The position numbers and the translations under genes are program-made. Shown here piece after piece: positions 38,101 through 46,127 of a stretch of DNA of 64,000 nucleotides. Under the pieces are notes generated by a model, which saw only the letters and a list, made by a program, of their open reading frames with translations, ran no database searches and had not been told where the DNA came from. The stretch is from contig PAPS01000015.1 in NCBI GenBank assembly GCA_002708985.1, forward strand, positions 429 to 64,428. Reading direction: 5' to 3'. Each line of letters starts with the position of its first letter. Position 1 is the first letter of the stretch. The stretch comes from Saprospirales bacterium. GTDB lineage: Bacteria > Bacteroidota > Bacteroidia > Chitinophagales > UBA8649.

Positions 38101-40448
38101 GCAATTGTTTGTACTGTGAGGGTTACGGTATCTCGGTCTTCACAACCAGGATTTTGATCATCAGAGATAGTTACCTGAAAAGACATCGTTTGATTTCCAT
38201 TAGCAAGGATGTTCTGACTAAATGGACTACTTGGAAGAATTCCATTATACCCCCCAAGCGTCACGTTATTCCAAGTCACGCGGGGTGTGCCGCCAGTTCC
38301 GAAGGTATAATTTGTTGTAAGTGGATAATTTTGAAATGGACCACAGAACGTAGTATCAGGAGTAATATCCGTAATCGAAATACTTGTATCCATGAAGACA
38401 GTTACCGCAGCACTTCCTACACAAAAACCATCGGTTACATTAATCTGATAGGTAGTGGTCTCTATTGGGCTAGCCAGAGCAATAGTATCTGGGGCATTAA
38501 AAGTAGGTATGACAAACAGTGTTGGATCAGTTTGCCAGTTGATAGAATATTGACCCACAAAACACGATGAGCCACAGCAGTATGTAGTTAGCTTTACATT
38601 ATCAATAGCCCAGTTATCTCCAGTTCCTGTTTGTTGTTGAAACCATCGAAACTGAGTTGACGGCGTCTGTGCAGCTCCAGGAATTGAAATATTAAACAGA
38701 CCTCCACTACCGTAGTTAAGGGTATCAAAACCCTGAATATCAACCCAAGAGGCACCGCCATTTATTGAATATTGAAACAAGACAGTATCTCCATTTTCAA
38801 ACATATCACAACTTGAGTTCGGAACGTTAGGATTAGCAAGATTCTCATTTCCTATACGAATCCAAAACTCGATGAAGCCTCCCCCTGTGACGTTGAGTGG
38901 ATTAGTTACTGCCTGACGAATACCGTTTCCGTTAAACCAGAGACCATTGCCGCTTGGTGGTGTACAAGCAGTCAGTTGGAAACCATTACTTATTGTCCCC
39001 CACAAAGAGGGATTAGGCGTAGTCCCTTCGAAATCATCAAAAACTGAATCTTCCGTACAAATAAGCGCATCCAATGAGACTTGCTGTCCTGGACAGACAT
39101 CGGTATCCGATGGATCGATAGTGACCAAAGGGGCTCCGCCAATGACAAATACAAGGGTTGAATCCCTTACCACGCAGCCTGAATCAGAAGTTACATCCAC
39201 ATAAAACATTGTGGTTTCTTGAGGGCTTAAAACAGAAGTTTGCCCATTAGCAGGCATAGCCTCAGCGGATGGACTCCAGGCATAGGATACAATGCCAACA
39301 CTTGAGGGAGAGGTAGAAATATCTACTGCAGTACTTCCATTTCGGCAAATCGTATCGGGTGGGGTAATATCAACTTCGAACTTGGGTACAACATCAACAA
39401 AAACACTGTCGGAATCGCAAGCTGAAGAAACATAATACCATTGATCAGCAATTGGATCAACTCTAGGACTGAGTATGTTATTGGGAGTAAGAAAGTTCCC
39501 AGGTGGTCCCCAAACTACATTAGATGCTCCTGTGACATTTAGAATTGTTCCATTGGAGTCACAGGCAAAAACTTGGCTCCCGGCATCGAGAGGGTTAATA
39601 AATACATCAAGTGTGTCACTACAACTATCTATTCCATCCGTGTAAAGCACCGTAACAAAGGTGTCCTGGGTTGGTGATATGTTGAAAGAGAAATCACTTC
39701 CATTGAGCACTGGGTTTCCAAGATTCGATGTAAGATTATACATTGGACTCGTGGTATTAATCACTACTTCATCAATCCCCCAATGATCAAAATCCGCAGT
39801 TGACCCGGTCTGTTGGAACCAGCGGATCTGAATGTTTGGACCCCATGCCGCTTGAGGAATATCAAAACAGTAGTATCCCCAATCAATGTAGGGAGAAGGA
39901 ACATTACCCCCTGCACCATTTATATCTGGATTAAAGTAAAAGATATTATTCCAGGTAGTACCTCCATTATTGGACCACTGTAAATAAACTCCTTCGTCGG
40001 GTAAATCAGGACCTTCACAAGGTGAATTATTAATTTGCTCCGCAAAGTCTAAGTAAAAACAAACTTGCCCTCCATTAGGAAGGTTATAGGGGATCGTCGA
40101 GACATAACGAGGCTGAGTAACACCCGGACCCATCCATAAATAGGTGGCGTTCTGCAAACCACTAGCAAGAACCGGTGGAGGATCACATGGGTTATCAAAT
40201 TGAGCCCCATTTGGCGTAGCCTGCCATCCGACACATCCTCCAAATCCGTTAGCCTCGAAATCACATCCGAAAATGACCTCTGAAAAAGCTTGTCCCGAAA
40301 CCTGAATGTTACCATCGCAATCTATTCGATTTGTGTCAATCGCATAATTATCAATAACACAACTCTGCCCATGTGCGGTTATCGATATCATTAAACCGAA
40401 CAGCCATAAAACAAACCAGAAAGAGTTACTTCTAAAATTCATAGGCAT
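35184..40448 (-). CDS. Giant cell-surface SprB-repeat protein with T9SS type B C-terminal sorting domain (adhesin-like)
   Basis: 1754 aa. It has a signal peptide (FWFVLWLFGLMISITAHGQ) and two ~160-aa jelly-roll-like modules. About ten SprB-type repeats (C-x-G-x-x-DG-x-I...GG-x-x-PY-x-Y) follow, then a C-terminal gliding-motility/CHU_C-type domain. Confidence 0.9.
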   Translation of the reverse strand: MPMNFRSNSFWFVLWLFGLMISITAHGQSCVIDNYAIDTNRIDCDGNIQVSGQAFSEVIFGCDFEANGFGGCVGWQATPNGAQFDNPCDPPPVLASGLQNATYLWMGPGVTQPRYVSTIPYNLPNGGQVCFYLDFAEQINNSPCEGPDLPDEGVYLQWSNNGGTTWNNIFYFNPDINGAGGNVPSPYIDWGYYCFDIPQAAWGPNIQIRWFQQTGSTADFDHWGIDEVVINTTSPMYNLTSNLGNPVLNGSDFSFNISPTQDTFVTVLYTDGIDSCSDTLDVFINPLDAGSQVFACDSNGTILNVTGASNVVWGPPGNFLTPNNILSPRVDPIADQWYYVSSACDSDSVFVDVVPKFEVDITPPDTICRNGSTAVDISTSPSSVGIVSYAWSPSAEAMPANGQTSVLSPQETTMFYVDVTSDSGCVVRDSTLVFVIGGAPLVTIDPSDTDVCPGQQVSLDALICTEDSVFDDFEGTTPNPSLWGTISNGFQLTACTPPSGNGLWFNGNGIRQAVTNPLNVTGGGFIEFWIRIGNENLANPNVPNSSCDMFENGDTVLFQYSINGGASWVDIQGFDTLNYGSGGLFNISIPGAAQTPSTQFRWFQQQTGTGDNWAIDNVKLTTYCCGSSCFVGQYSINWQTDPTLFVIPTFNAPDTIALASPIETTTYQINVTDGFCVGSAAVTVFMDTSISITDITPDTTFCGPFQNYPLTTNYTFGTGGTPRVTWNNVTLGGYNGILPSSPFSQNILANGNQTMSFQVTISDDQNPGCEDRDTVTLTVQTIAEPTNVLVVDEQCGGACDGSITMDGLNGTPPYSYSIDSGLTFQSSNTFDGLCPDTYYLMVGDQVGQTGCSAAQEFTVNAASSFALTSFSVDGFDCTGTTSGSVTVNYSPGQGPYNIIANGNNIGSISASTYTVTNLSAGSLSIQITNAVGCIIDTLIPLSDPSGFIVDSVVVDSVSCNGGSDGAITIFSTGGIGTIAYDLGNGVSQSSNTFSGLSAGLYTAITLTDANGCEAFATGLVEQPSALALNITAIIPVSGFGASDGSVQFNANGGTAPYNFTLDDLLSTNTLAFDNLPAGGYLLEVTDANGCVTSDSVFVTEPLPLTLPSVDFVSIDCFGESTGSIILQAEGGIPPYNYSIDCGLTYQSSNVFTGLAAGTYSVTVQDNIGDTVACQSVVLSENPLLFISSVRTDSVLCEGDSDGQIEYTVQGGEAPYTYTMIGVPSQSNGLFTGLPAGNYLTTITDAVGCTIDTAATIGAPVLLEIDVVRTVDLSCFESDNGEIEVSAQGGSGILTIELEELGLTGNVFNALPAGLYIATVTDGNLCEASIQVDISQPNAIDADYSTEDISCFGYQDGRLVINGVSGGSGSYSLAFNSDTIISNLSSAVIDTLATGLNVFTIIDANDCPLTLMFTIDEPEALNAVLDVRDPRCQGQANGMVDFTVSGGTGPFNAFVLDPSSGDTSISTGLTVTGLFGDATYDLGILDANGCVLSDEATLVDPSSVDIVSYTINNPGCYNQASASVVIDSITPGYISDYTFTLVGTDLSSNNGMIEGATSGVYSLTAFENIGGCTDTLDVYIGEPAPRFLETSPDTVVTLGEALEIFVGDDFQYYSWSPNTGLSCSDCINPTVLVYEDVTYEIIAVDSNGCVNENLATISVKVDDELALFVPDAFTPNGDGMNDVLLVYGVNLVDAQISIYNRWGELVFASNAAHLEGWDGTFKGVKQESGTFSYILDVTFLNGYTDMRKGSFLLLH
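35187..35459 (-). other. T9SS type B sorting domain (gliding motility-associated C-terminal domain)
   Basis: The last 91 aa are LALFVPDAFTPNGDGMNDVLLVYGVNLVDAQISIYNRWGELVFASN...GWDGTFKGVKQESGTFSYILDV...MRKGSFLLLH. They match the PNGDG-x-ND ... I-YNRWG ... WDG consensus of type B CTDs. Confidence 0.85.
35709..38066 (-). repeat. About ten tandem SprB-type repeats (~75-80 aa each) within the adhesin
   Basis: Recurrent modules include CGGACDGSITMDGLNGTPPYSYSID..., CNGGSDGAITIFSTGGIGTIAYDL..., CFGESTGSIILQAEGGIPPYNYSID... and CEGDSDGQIEYTVQGGEAPYTYTM.... Each ends in ...DANGC. Boundaries are approximate and were counted by hand. Confidence 0.75.
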
Positions 40449-40583
40449 GTTAACGTTTCTATGAACATGTTAAAGCCTCATACAAAGGGGCTTTACATAT
40501 CACATTTCTTCGTATACGTGGACAGCCTTTAAAAGTAACGAAAACAGCGCTAAAATGTTAAATAATAGCGTTTTTTGTCAGAT

Positions 40584-41012
40584 TCAACATTTAATTTTTG
40601 ACACACGGCGCTCATGTCTTCCACCCTCAAATGGAGTACTTAAAAAAACTTCAAGGCATCGATAGGCCTCCTCGTCAGTGATAAATCGAGCAGGCAAACA
40701 CAAGATATTCGCATTGTTATGCGATCTTCCTAATTCAGCAATTTCATTACGCCAAGAGAGACAGGCTCTAACATCTGCATACTTATTTGCAGTCATTGCT
40801 ACTCCATTAGCACTACCGCAAATCAACACACCAACAACTGATGAATCCCTAGCGACATGCGAGGCTACTTGATGGGCGAAATCAGGATAATCCACCGATT
40901 CATCACTATATGGTCCAAAATCCTTTACATTATACCCCGCAGATTCCAAAAAACCAATACATACTTGCTTAAGCGCAAATCCAGCGTGATCTGAGGCAAT
41001 TGAAACATTCAT
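40584..41012 (-). CDS. rpiB: Ribose-5-phosphate isomerase B
   Basis: 142 aa. Motifs are IASDHAGFALK, LICGSANGVAMTANK and FEGGRHERRV. Confidence 0.9.
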   Translation of the reverse strand: MNVSIASDHAGFALKQVCIGFLESAGYNVKDFGPYSDESVDYPDFAHQVASHVARDSSVVGVLICGSANGVAMTANKYADVRACLSWRNEIAELGRSHNNANILCLPARFITDEEAYRCLEVFLSTPFEGGRHERRVSKIKC

Positions 41013-41063
41013 ATGTAAAAGATAACGCGAACCATTTATTGATTTGGACCAATAGTCAACATT

Positions 41064-41936
41064 TTATTCATCCTTGGACAAAGCATCGTTCCTCGACTTA
41101 CCTGTAGTTGCAATCACTAAAATGGTCACCTCATAAAGAAAGATAAGCGGTACAGCAACTAAAAACATAGTGCCTGGATCGGAAGGAGTAATCACTGCGG
41201 AAAGGATAAAAATGATAACTGTTGCATAGCGCCTATTCCTGCGGGCGAAATCTGCGGTGATTATACCTAATCTCCCCAATGCGTAACCAAGAATAGGCAA
41301 TTGAAATAACAGCCCAGTCAGTAAGGTCATTGTCGACATAAAACTGAGAATATTGCCAATAGTAAACGTGTTTTCTATCTGACCACTGATTTTATAATTG
41401 GCAAAAAAGTAGATAGCAAATGGCACTAGAAAGAAATAACCAAAGGCCACCCCCAAGTAAAAAAGAAGACCACTCCACCCAATTGCTCTCGCGGCAGTCC
41501 TACGCTCTTTTCGATAAAGCCCCGGACTTACAAATCGCCATATTTCGTAAATGAAATAAGGAAAAGCTATTGCGAATCCCATATAAAACGATGCTTTTAA
41601 ATGCAGTAAAAATTGATCGGAAACTCCGGTAGCGATTAGGGTTAGTGCATCAAATGAGAAGCATTTCACAACTCCGCCTTGGAAATAGTTAATGACATAA
41701 CACAATCCGCGAAATGTTATAAAATTAGACTTTGTTGGAGCCAGAACGACATGATCAAAAACGACAGCACCCCCAGCAAAAACAGCTATCGAACAAATAA
41801 TAAGTGCAATAACCATGCGGAATAAATGCCCACGCAAAACATGTAAATGATCAAAGAATGTCATTTCCTCTTCTTGAAAATGTTGACGAGATACATTTGA
41901 ACCCTTATCTCCTGTGTTCGTATAATCTTCCTTCAT
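41064..41936 (-). CDS. tatC: Twin-arginine translocase subunit TatC
   Basis: 290 aa with six predicted TM segments. The TatC N-terminal motif is MTFFDHLHVLRGHLFR, and there is a conserved SPGLYRKERR loop. Confidence 0.9.
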   Translation of the reverse strand: MKEDYTNTGDKGSNVSRQHFQEEEMTFFDHLHVLRGHLFRMVIALIICSIAVFAGGAVVFDHVVLAPTKSNFITFRGLCYVINYFQGGVVKCFSFDALTLIATGVSDQFLLHLKASFYMGFAIAFPYFIYEIWRFVSPGLYRKERRTAARAIGWSGLLFYLGVAFGYFFLVPFAIYFFANYKISGQIENTFTIGNILSFMSTMTLLTGLLFQLPILGYALGRLGIITADFARRNRRYATVIIFILSAVITPSDPGTMFLVAVPLIFLYEVTILVIATTGKSRNDALSKDE

Positions 41937-42513
41937 TTCAGTTACTAAGATAAAGATACAACTATGTCAAAGCAGAACAACGAAGGACGAGTATTACTTA
42001 ATAATGTGTAAATGAACCTTTAGCGCGCAGAACAAGACAATAATCCTCTAGATGGTGCATTGACGCCAAAGGGAGATTTAACTATAATATTGAATTTAAA
42101 AATCAATATATGGTCATAGCCCAAAAGCGAGTTACAGTGATGGTTCAGTTCCTTTCTCGCTCAAGCGACCTCGAAAGGCTCAATTCAGTGACACCTTAAA
42201 TGTTGTACTTGAGCTTAAAATATTTATCTAAGTTTTAATCCTGATAGCTTCTTAGTTGCCAGCGTATATTGGGACTTTGACTGACGTGTGCTTCAAGCAG
42301 ATGCAATTGATTCTGTAAAAAACTACAACTTTAGAGGTCAAAACCCAATATTTGGAATAACAGTTACCTCTGATAGAGATGCCATGGCAACAATATCTAG
42401 TTGCCCCAAATAAACTACCCAATGGACGGAATAACCATAAAGGGCGACAACTTAATCGACGCACTGAATTTTGGATATATCCTATATGTTAGATTCAATT
42501 ACCTTAGCAGGTA

Positions 42514-43875
42514 ATGGCAAAATCTAGAACGATTTATATATGTGAAGCCTGTTCCTATGAGTCAGCTAAGTGGATGGGAAAATGCCCTTCATGCAAAGCA
42601 TGGAATACATTTCAGGAAACTGAAATACATAAATCGGACAAAGAAACCAATCAAGGACTTGCACAGCTTCCCGAACAAGGACCTAATGGCGCAATACCTA
42701 TTGACGAAATAAATGCTAAGGAAGTTCCTCGGCTCAAAAGTCATGATGAAGAATTCAACCGCGTAGTTGGCGGCGGGATAATGCCTGGTTCCATTACGTT
42801 GATAGGTGGGGAACCTGGTATTGGAAAATCTACCCTACTCCTTCAGATCGCCTTACACTTCCCCGAGAAAGTACTATATGTCAGTGGTGAAGAGAGCCTT
42901 GTTCAAATCAAAGGCCGAGCAGATCGAATGAAATATTTAACAACGAATTGCCTATTACTGGCCGAAACCAACACCTCTAAAATTTTTCAAGAAATTAAAA
43001 AGCAAAAGATAGATCTATTGGTTATCGATTCAATTCAAACCATGCAATCTCCTACGGTCGACGCTTTGCCCGGAAGCATGAGTCAGATACGCGAGTGTGC
43101 AGGCGAATTTCAGCGTTTTGCCAAACGGCATGGCATTGCGGTAATACTTATTGGGCACATTACTAAGGATGGTCAATTGGCAGGCCCGAAGGTTTTAGAA
43201 CATATTGTGGACACCGTGCTTCAATTTGAAGGAGATCAACACCATGCCCACCGAATTCTTCGAAGCCAAAAAAATCGTTTTGGACCCGCGGCAGAATTAG
43301 GTATTTATGAAATGCAATCAAGTGGTCTGCATGCGGTAATAGATCCAACCTCGATAATGCTTTCTAGCCAAGACGGTCAACGAGAAGGCGTTTCAACAGG
43401 ATGCATACTTGAAGGGATTCGCCCCCTATTAATAGAAACACAATCCCTTGTAAGCCCGTCCTATTATGGCACACCGCAACGTTCAAGTACTGGTTTTGAT
43501 AACCGAAGATTACATATGCTCATCGCCGTCTTTGAGAAACGTATTCAGTTCCCCATTGGAGCCAAAGATGTGTTCCTAAATATTGCAGGGGGTATCAAGG
43601 TAACCGATCCGGGAGCTGACTTAGCGGTTATCGCCTCCTTCCTATCCTCTTGCATTGAGCAATTCACAATGCCCAAGAAAGCCGTTTTCTGCGGAGAGAT
43701 TGGACTAAGTGGGGAAGTTCGACCCGTTTCAAGGATACTTCAGCGTGTAGTTGAAGCAGAGAAGAGAGGAATGACAACATTTGTAACTTCTGCACAACAC
43801 AAAAAGGCTCTGGGTGATTACAAAGGCTCTTTGAGTTTGCAGTTAATCAGCCATATACGCGAGTTAATCGACTAA
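42514..43875 (+). CDS. radA: DNA repair protein RadA
   Basis: 453 aa. It has an N-terminal zinc ribbon YICEACSYESAKWMGKCPSCKAWNTF, Walker A GGEPGIGKSTLLLQ, a KNRFG motif and a Lon-like C-terminal domain. Confidence 0.95.
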   Translation: MAKSRTIYICEACSYESAKWMGKCPSCKAWNTFQETEIHKSDKETNQGLAQLPEQGPNGAIPIDEINAKEVPRLKSHDEEFNRVVGGGIMPGSITLIGGEPGIGKSTLLLQIALHFPEKVLYVSGEESLVQIKGRADRMKYLTTNCLLLAETNTSKIFQEIKKQKIDLLVIDSIQTMQSPTVDALPGSMSQIRECAGEFQRFAKRHGIAVILIGHITKDGQLAGPKVLEHIVDTVLQFEGDQHHAHRILRSQKNRFGPAAELGIYEMQSSGLHAVIDPTSIMLSSQDGQREGVSTGCILEGIRPLLIETQSLVSPSYYGTPQRSSTGFDNRRLHMLIAVFEKRIQFPIGAKDVFLNIAGGIKVTDPGADLAVIASFLSSCIEQFTMPKKAVFCGEIGLSGEVRPVSRILQRVVEAEKRGMTTFVTSAQHKKALGDYKGSLSLQLISHIRELID

Positions 43876-43931
43876 GGCGTTAACCCATCATTATAACCTA
43901 TCATTACATCTAAATAGATCAATTTTAGTCC

Positions 43932-44627
43932 ATGATTCCCTGGATTCAGGATGTTATTGACCTCACCATACCTCACACCTGTGCCTCTTGCCGCGCAAGG
44001 ATTACAAGACAGCCTGCGGGACTATGCGTGAATTGCATAAATAAAATTGAAGTCTTAGTCAATGGTTGTGACCACAAACTCACTCAAAGGTTGGGAAAGC
44101 GCAAAACCCAAATTGCCCGAGCTTTTGCTTTAATGTACTTTGAGCAACATGGTGTTACGCAGCATCTCATTCATAAAATAAAATATCACAACGGAGAGCA
44201 TTTGGCTAGGTACTGGGGACGATACCTTGGATCACTCTTGCAAAGCCTAGGAGTTTACTCCGATGTAAAATTATCCCTACTCATTCCTGTCCCGATGCAT
44301 AAACGAAGAGAGAGAAGGCGTGGATATAATGCTCCTCTACACATTACTTATGGGATTCAGGAAGTAGTTGGCGACAAAGCCTTGGTTTGCAATTCAGTGC
44401 TCACCCGAGTTAAACACAGCAAAAGTCAAACAACCGCTGACTTTAACCAACGTTATCAACGATTAACAGGGTCCTTCTGCGCATGTCCGTTACCCGCCAA
44501 ACCTGATATAATCATCATAGTTGATGATGTAATGACCTCAACATCAACAATAGGACACTGCGCCGAAGCACTGCGTACCGTTTTTTCGAATGATATACAT
44601 GCTGTTGCACTTGCCTTTACAGCCTAG
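43932..44627 (+). CDS. comF: ComF family protein (phosphoribosyltransferase-like)
   Basis: 231 aa. The N-terminus has Cys pairs (CASCRA...CVNC). The C-terminal PRTase motif is IIIVDDVMTSTSTI. Confidence 0.75.
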   Translation: MIPWIQDVIDLTIPHTCASCRARITRQPAGLCVNCINKIEVLVNGCDHKLTQRLGKRKTQIARAFALMYFEQHGVTQHLIHKIKYHNGEHLARYWGRYLGSLLQSLGVYSDVKLSLLIPVPMHKRRERRRGYNAPLHITYGIQEVVGDKALVCNSVLTRVKHSKSQTTADFNQRYQRLTGSFCACPLPAKPDIIIIVDDVMTSTSTIGHCAEALRTVFSNDIHAVALAFTA

Positions 44628-44685
44628 ATTGCCACAATTTCCTGTAAAAAGATTCGTACTTTATGGGTTGATCGATGCAAAAAAA

Positions 44686-46122
44686 ATGAGAAGCTATCTA
44701 TTGTTGACTTTACTACTTATCCTCGGTTTTATATGGAGCTGTAAACCAGATGACAATGTATTGGAAAGTGATTTAAAAGCCCTTCAGTTTAGCGCAGATA
44801 CGCTAACCTTTGATACGGTGTTTACCACGATAGGATCTGTTACTCGTTGGATAACAATCTATAATCCAACGAATCGCGATATGGTGCTTGATGAAATTCG
44901 CTTAGCAGATCAGGCTAATGGTATTTTTCGATTAAATATTAACGGTATTGCAGGCAATCAAGCAAGTAAGGTTTTAATTCCTTCAAAAGATTCTATTTAC
45001 ATTTTTGCAGAAGTAACGGTAGACCCAAACAACGCCTCAAATCCGCTTGTTATTTACGACCAAATTGACTGTCGAATCGGCACCACCATCCGATCAGCCA
45101 CCCTCCAAGCTTGGGGACAAGACGCCTATTTTCACTTTGGTGAAGTACTCCGAAATCAAACCATTACATGGGCTTCAGATAAGCCTCATGTAGTCCTGCG
45201 AAACGATAGCTTCCCTGGACTAGGAATAGACTCCTTCTCGTCTTTAACAATACCCCCTGGCAGTGAGATTTATGTTCAAAATGGAGCTGGAATATTTGTC
45301 GATGGTGATCTTACCATTGGCGATGCCTCAAGTCAAGATTCTGTAATTATACAATCAGACCGCATTGAAAACCCACCCGCCTTCCCACTAGATGACTTAC
45401 CTGGACAATGGTTTGGAATCGTATTGTTTGGAGGGTCTACAGCAGATATAGGACATACTGTGATCAACGAATCAACTTATGGTGTCATGGGGCGTTTTGC
45501 GCTTGCCAATGACTTCTCAGGCTTTATCGATGATGCGGGTCGACCAACCATTAACCTTGATCGTGTGACCATAAAAAATGCTCAAGTAAGCGCTCTACTA
45601 GCGCTAAACTCCACCATCAATGCCGTGAATTGCGAATTTTTTAGTGCAGGTGGGCAGCTTGTAAGCCTTGCCATAGGAGGAGACTATACTTTCTCCCACT
45701 GCACCATGTACAATAGTGGTATATCGGGAAGCAGTCGAGATGCTCCACTTCTCGGTATTAGCAATCAAGCCTCCAATCAAGGTACGGGAGCTATTCATCC
45801 ATCTGGGATAGAGAATGTAGAGTTTACCAATTGCATCATTAATGGAAGTTTGCCGGACGAAGTCGAGGTTATTGCAGAAGATTCTTTAACAATCCAATTA
45901 AGTCATTGCCTGATACGAAGTCAAAATCTAATTAATGCGTCGATCACTAGCCAATGTATCTTTAATGAACTTCCTGGATTTGTTGATCCGGGATTGAGAA
46001 ATTTCAAGCTCATGGAAACGTCCGTTGCGCGTGATGCTGGCATGAGCCTTGGTGTCTTAGTAGACCGAGGAAACCAAGCTCGAGATGGCACGCCTGATGT
46101 AGGTTGTTGGGAATATCAATAG
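44686..46122 (+). CDS. Hypothetical lipoprotein with beta-helix-like C-terminal region
   Basis: The track ORF starts at 44590 and overlaps comF. The ATG at 44686 gives MRSYLLLTLLLILGFIWSCKPDD (lipobox). The N-terminal ~130 aa look like an Ig/PapD-like module (LTFDTVFTTIGSVTRWITIYNPTNRDMVLDEIRL). The rest has repetitive G/N/S-rich strands suggesting a right-handed beta-helix. Confidence 0.55.
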   Translation: MRSYLLLTLLLILGFIWSCKPDDNVLESDLKALQFSADTLTFDTVFTTIGSVTRWITIYNPTNRDMVLDEIRLADQANGIFRLNINGIAGNQASKVLIPSKDSIYIFAEVTVDPNNASNPLVIYDQIDCRIGTTIRSATLQAWGQDAYFHFGEVLRNQTITWASDKPHVVLRNDSFPGLGIDSFSSLTIPPGSEIYVQNGAGIFVDGDLTIGDASSQDSVIIQSDRIENPPAFPLDDLPGQWFGIVLFGGSTADIGHTVINESTYGVMGRFALANDFSGFIDDAGRPTINLDRVTIKNAQVSALLALNSTINAVNCEFFSAGGQLVSLAIGGDYTFSHCTMYNSGISGSSRDAPLLGISNQASNQGTGAIHPSGIENVEFTNCIINGSLPDEVEVIAEDSLTIQLSHCLIRSQNLINASITSQCIFNELPGFVDPGLRNFKLMETSVARDAGMSLGVLVDRGNQARDGTPDVGCWEYQ

Positions 46123-46127
46123 GAATT

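Noticed and set aside
37303-38570. Plus-strand ORFs of 123 aa and 167 aa inside the adhesin gene
   Set aside because: They are antisense shadows of the 1754-aa SprB-repeat CDS. Long repeat-rich genes commonly leave open antisense frames.
42252-42464. 70-aa minus-strand ORF, plus possible tmRNA, RNase P, SRP RNA or tRNA in the tatC-radA gap
   Set aside because: The ORF is Cys/Arg-rich with no start context. I looked for tmRNA ends (GGGGCUGA..., ...UCCACCA), RNase P CR-I/CR-V boxes (GAGGAAAGUCC, ACAGAACCCGGCUUA) in the correct order, and a tRNA T-loop. Only partial chance matches exist (AAAGTCCC, ACAGAATC in the wrong order, and GGTTCAGTTCC lacking A58). The gap itself remains listed as a finding.
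44590-44685. N-terminal extension of the lipoprotein ORF overlapping comF
   Set aside because: The ATG at 44686 yields a canonical lipoprotein signal peptide and removes the overlap with comF.
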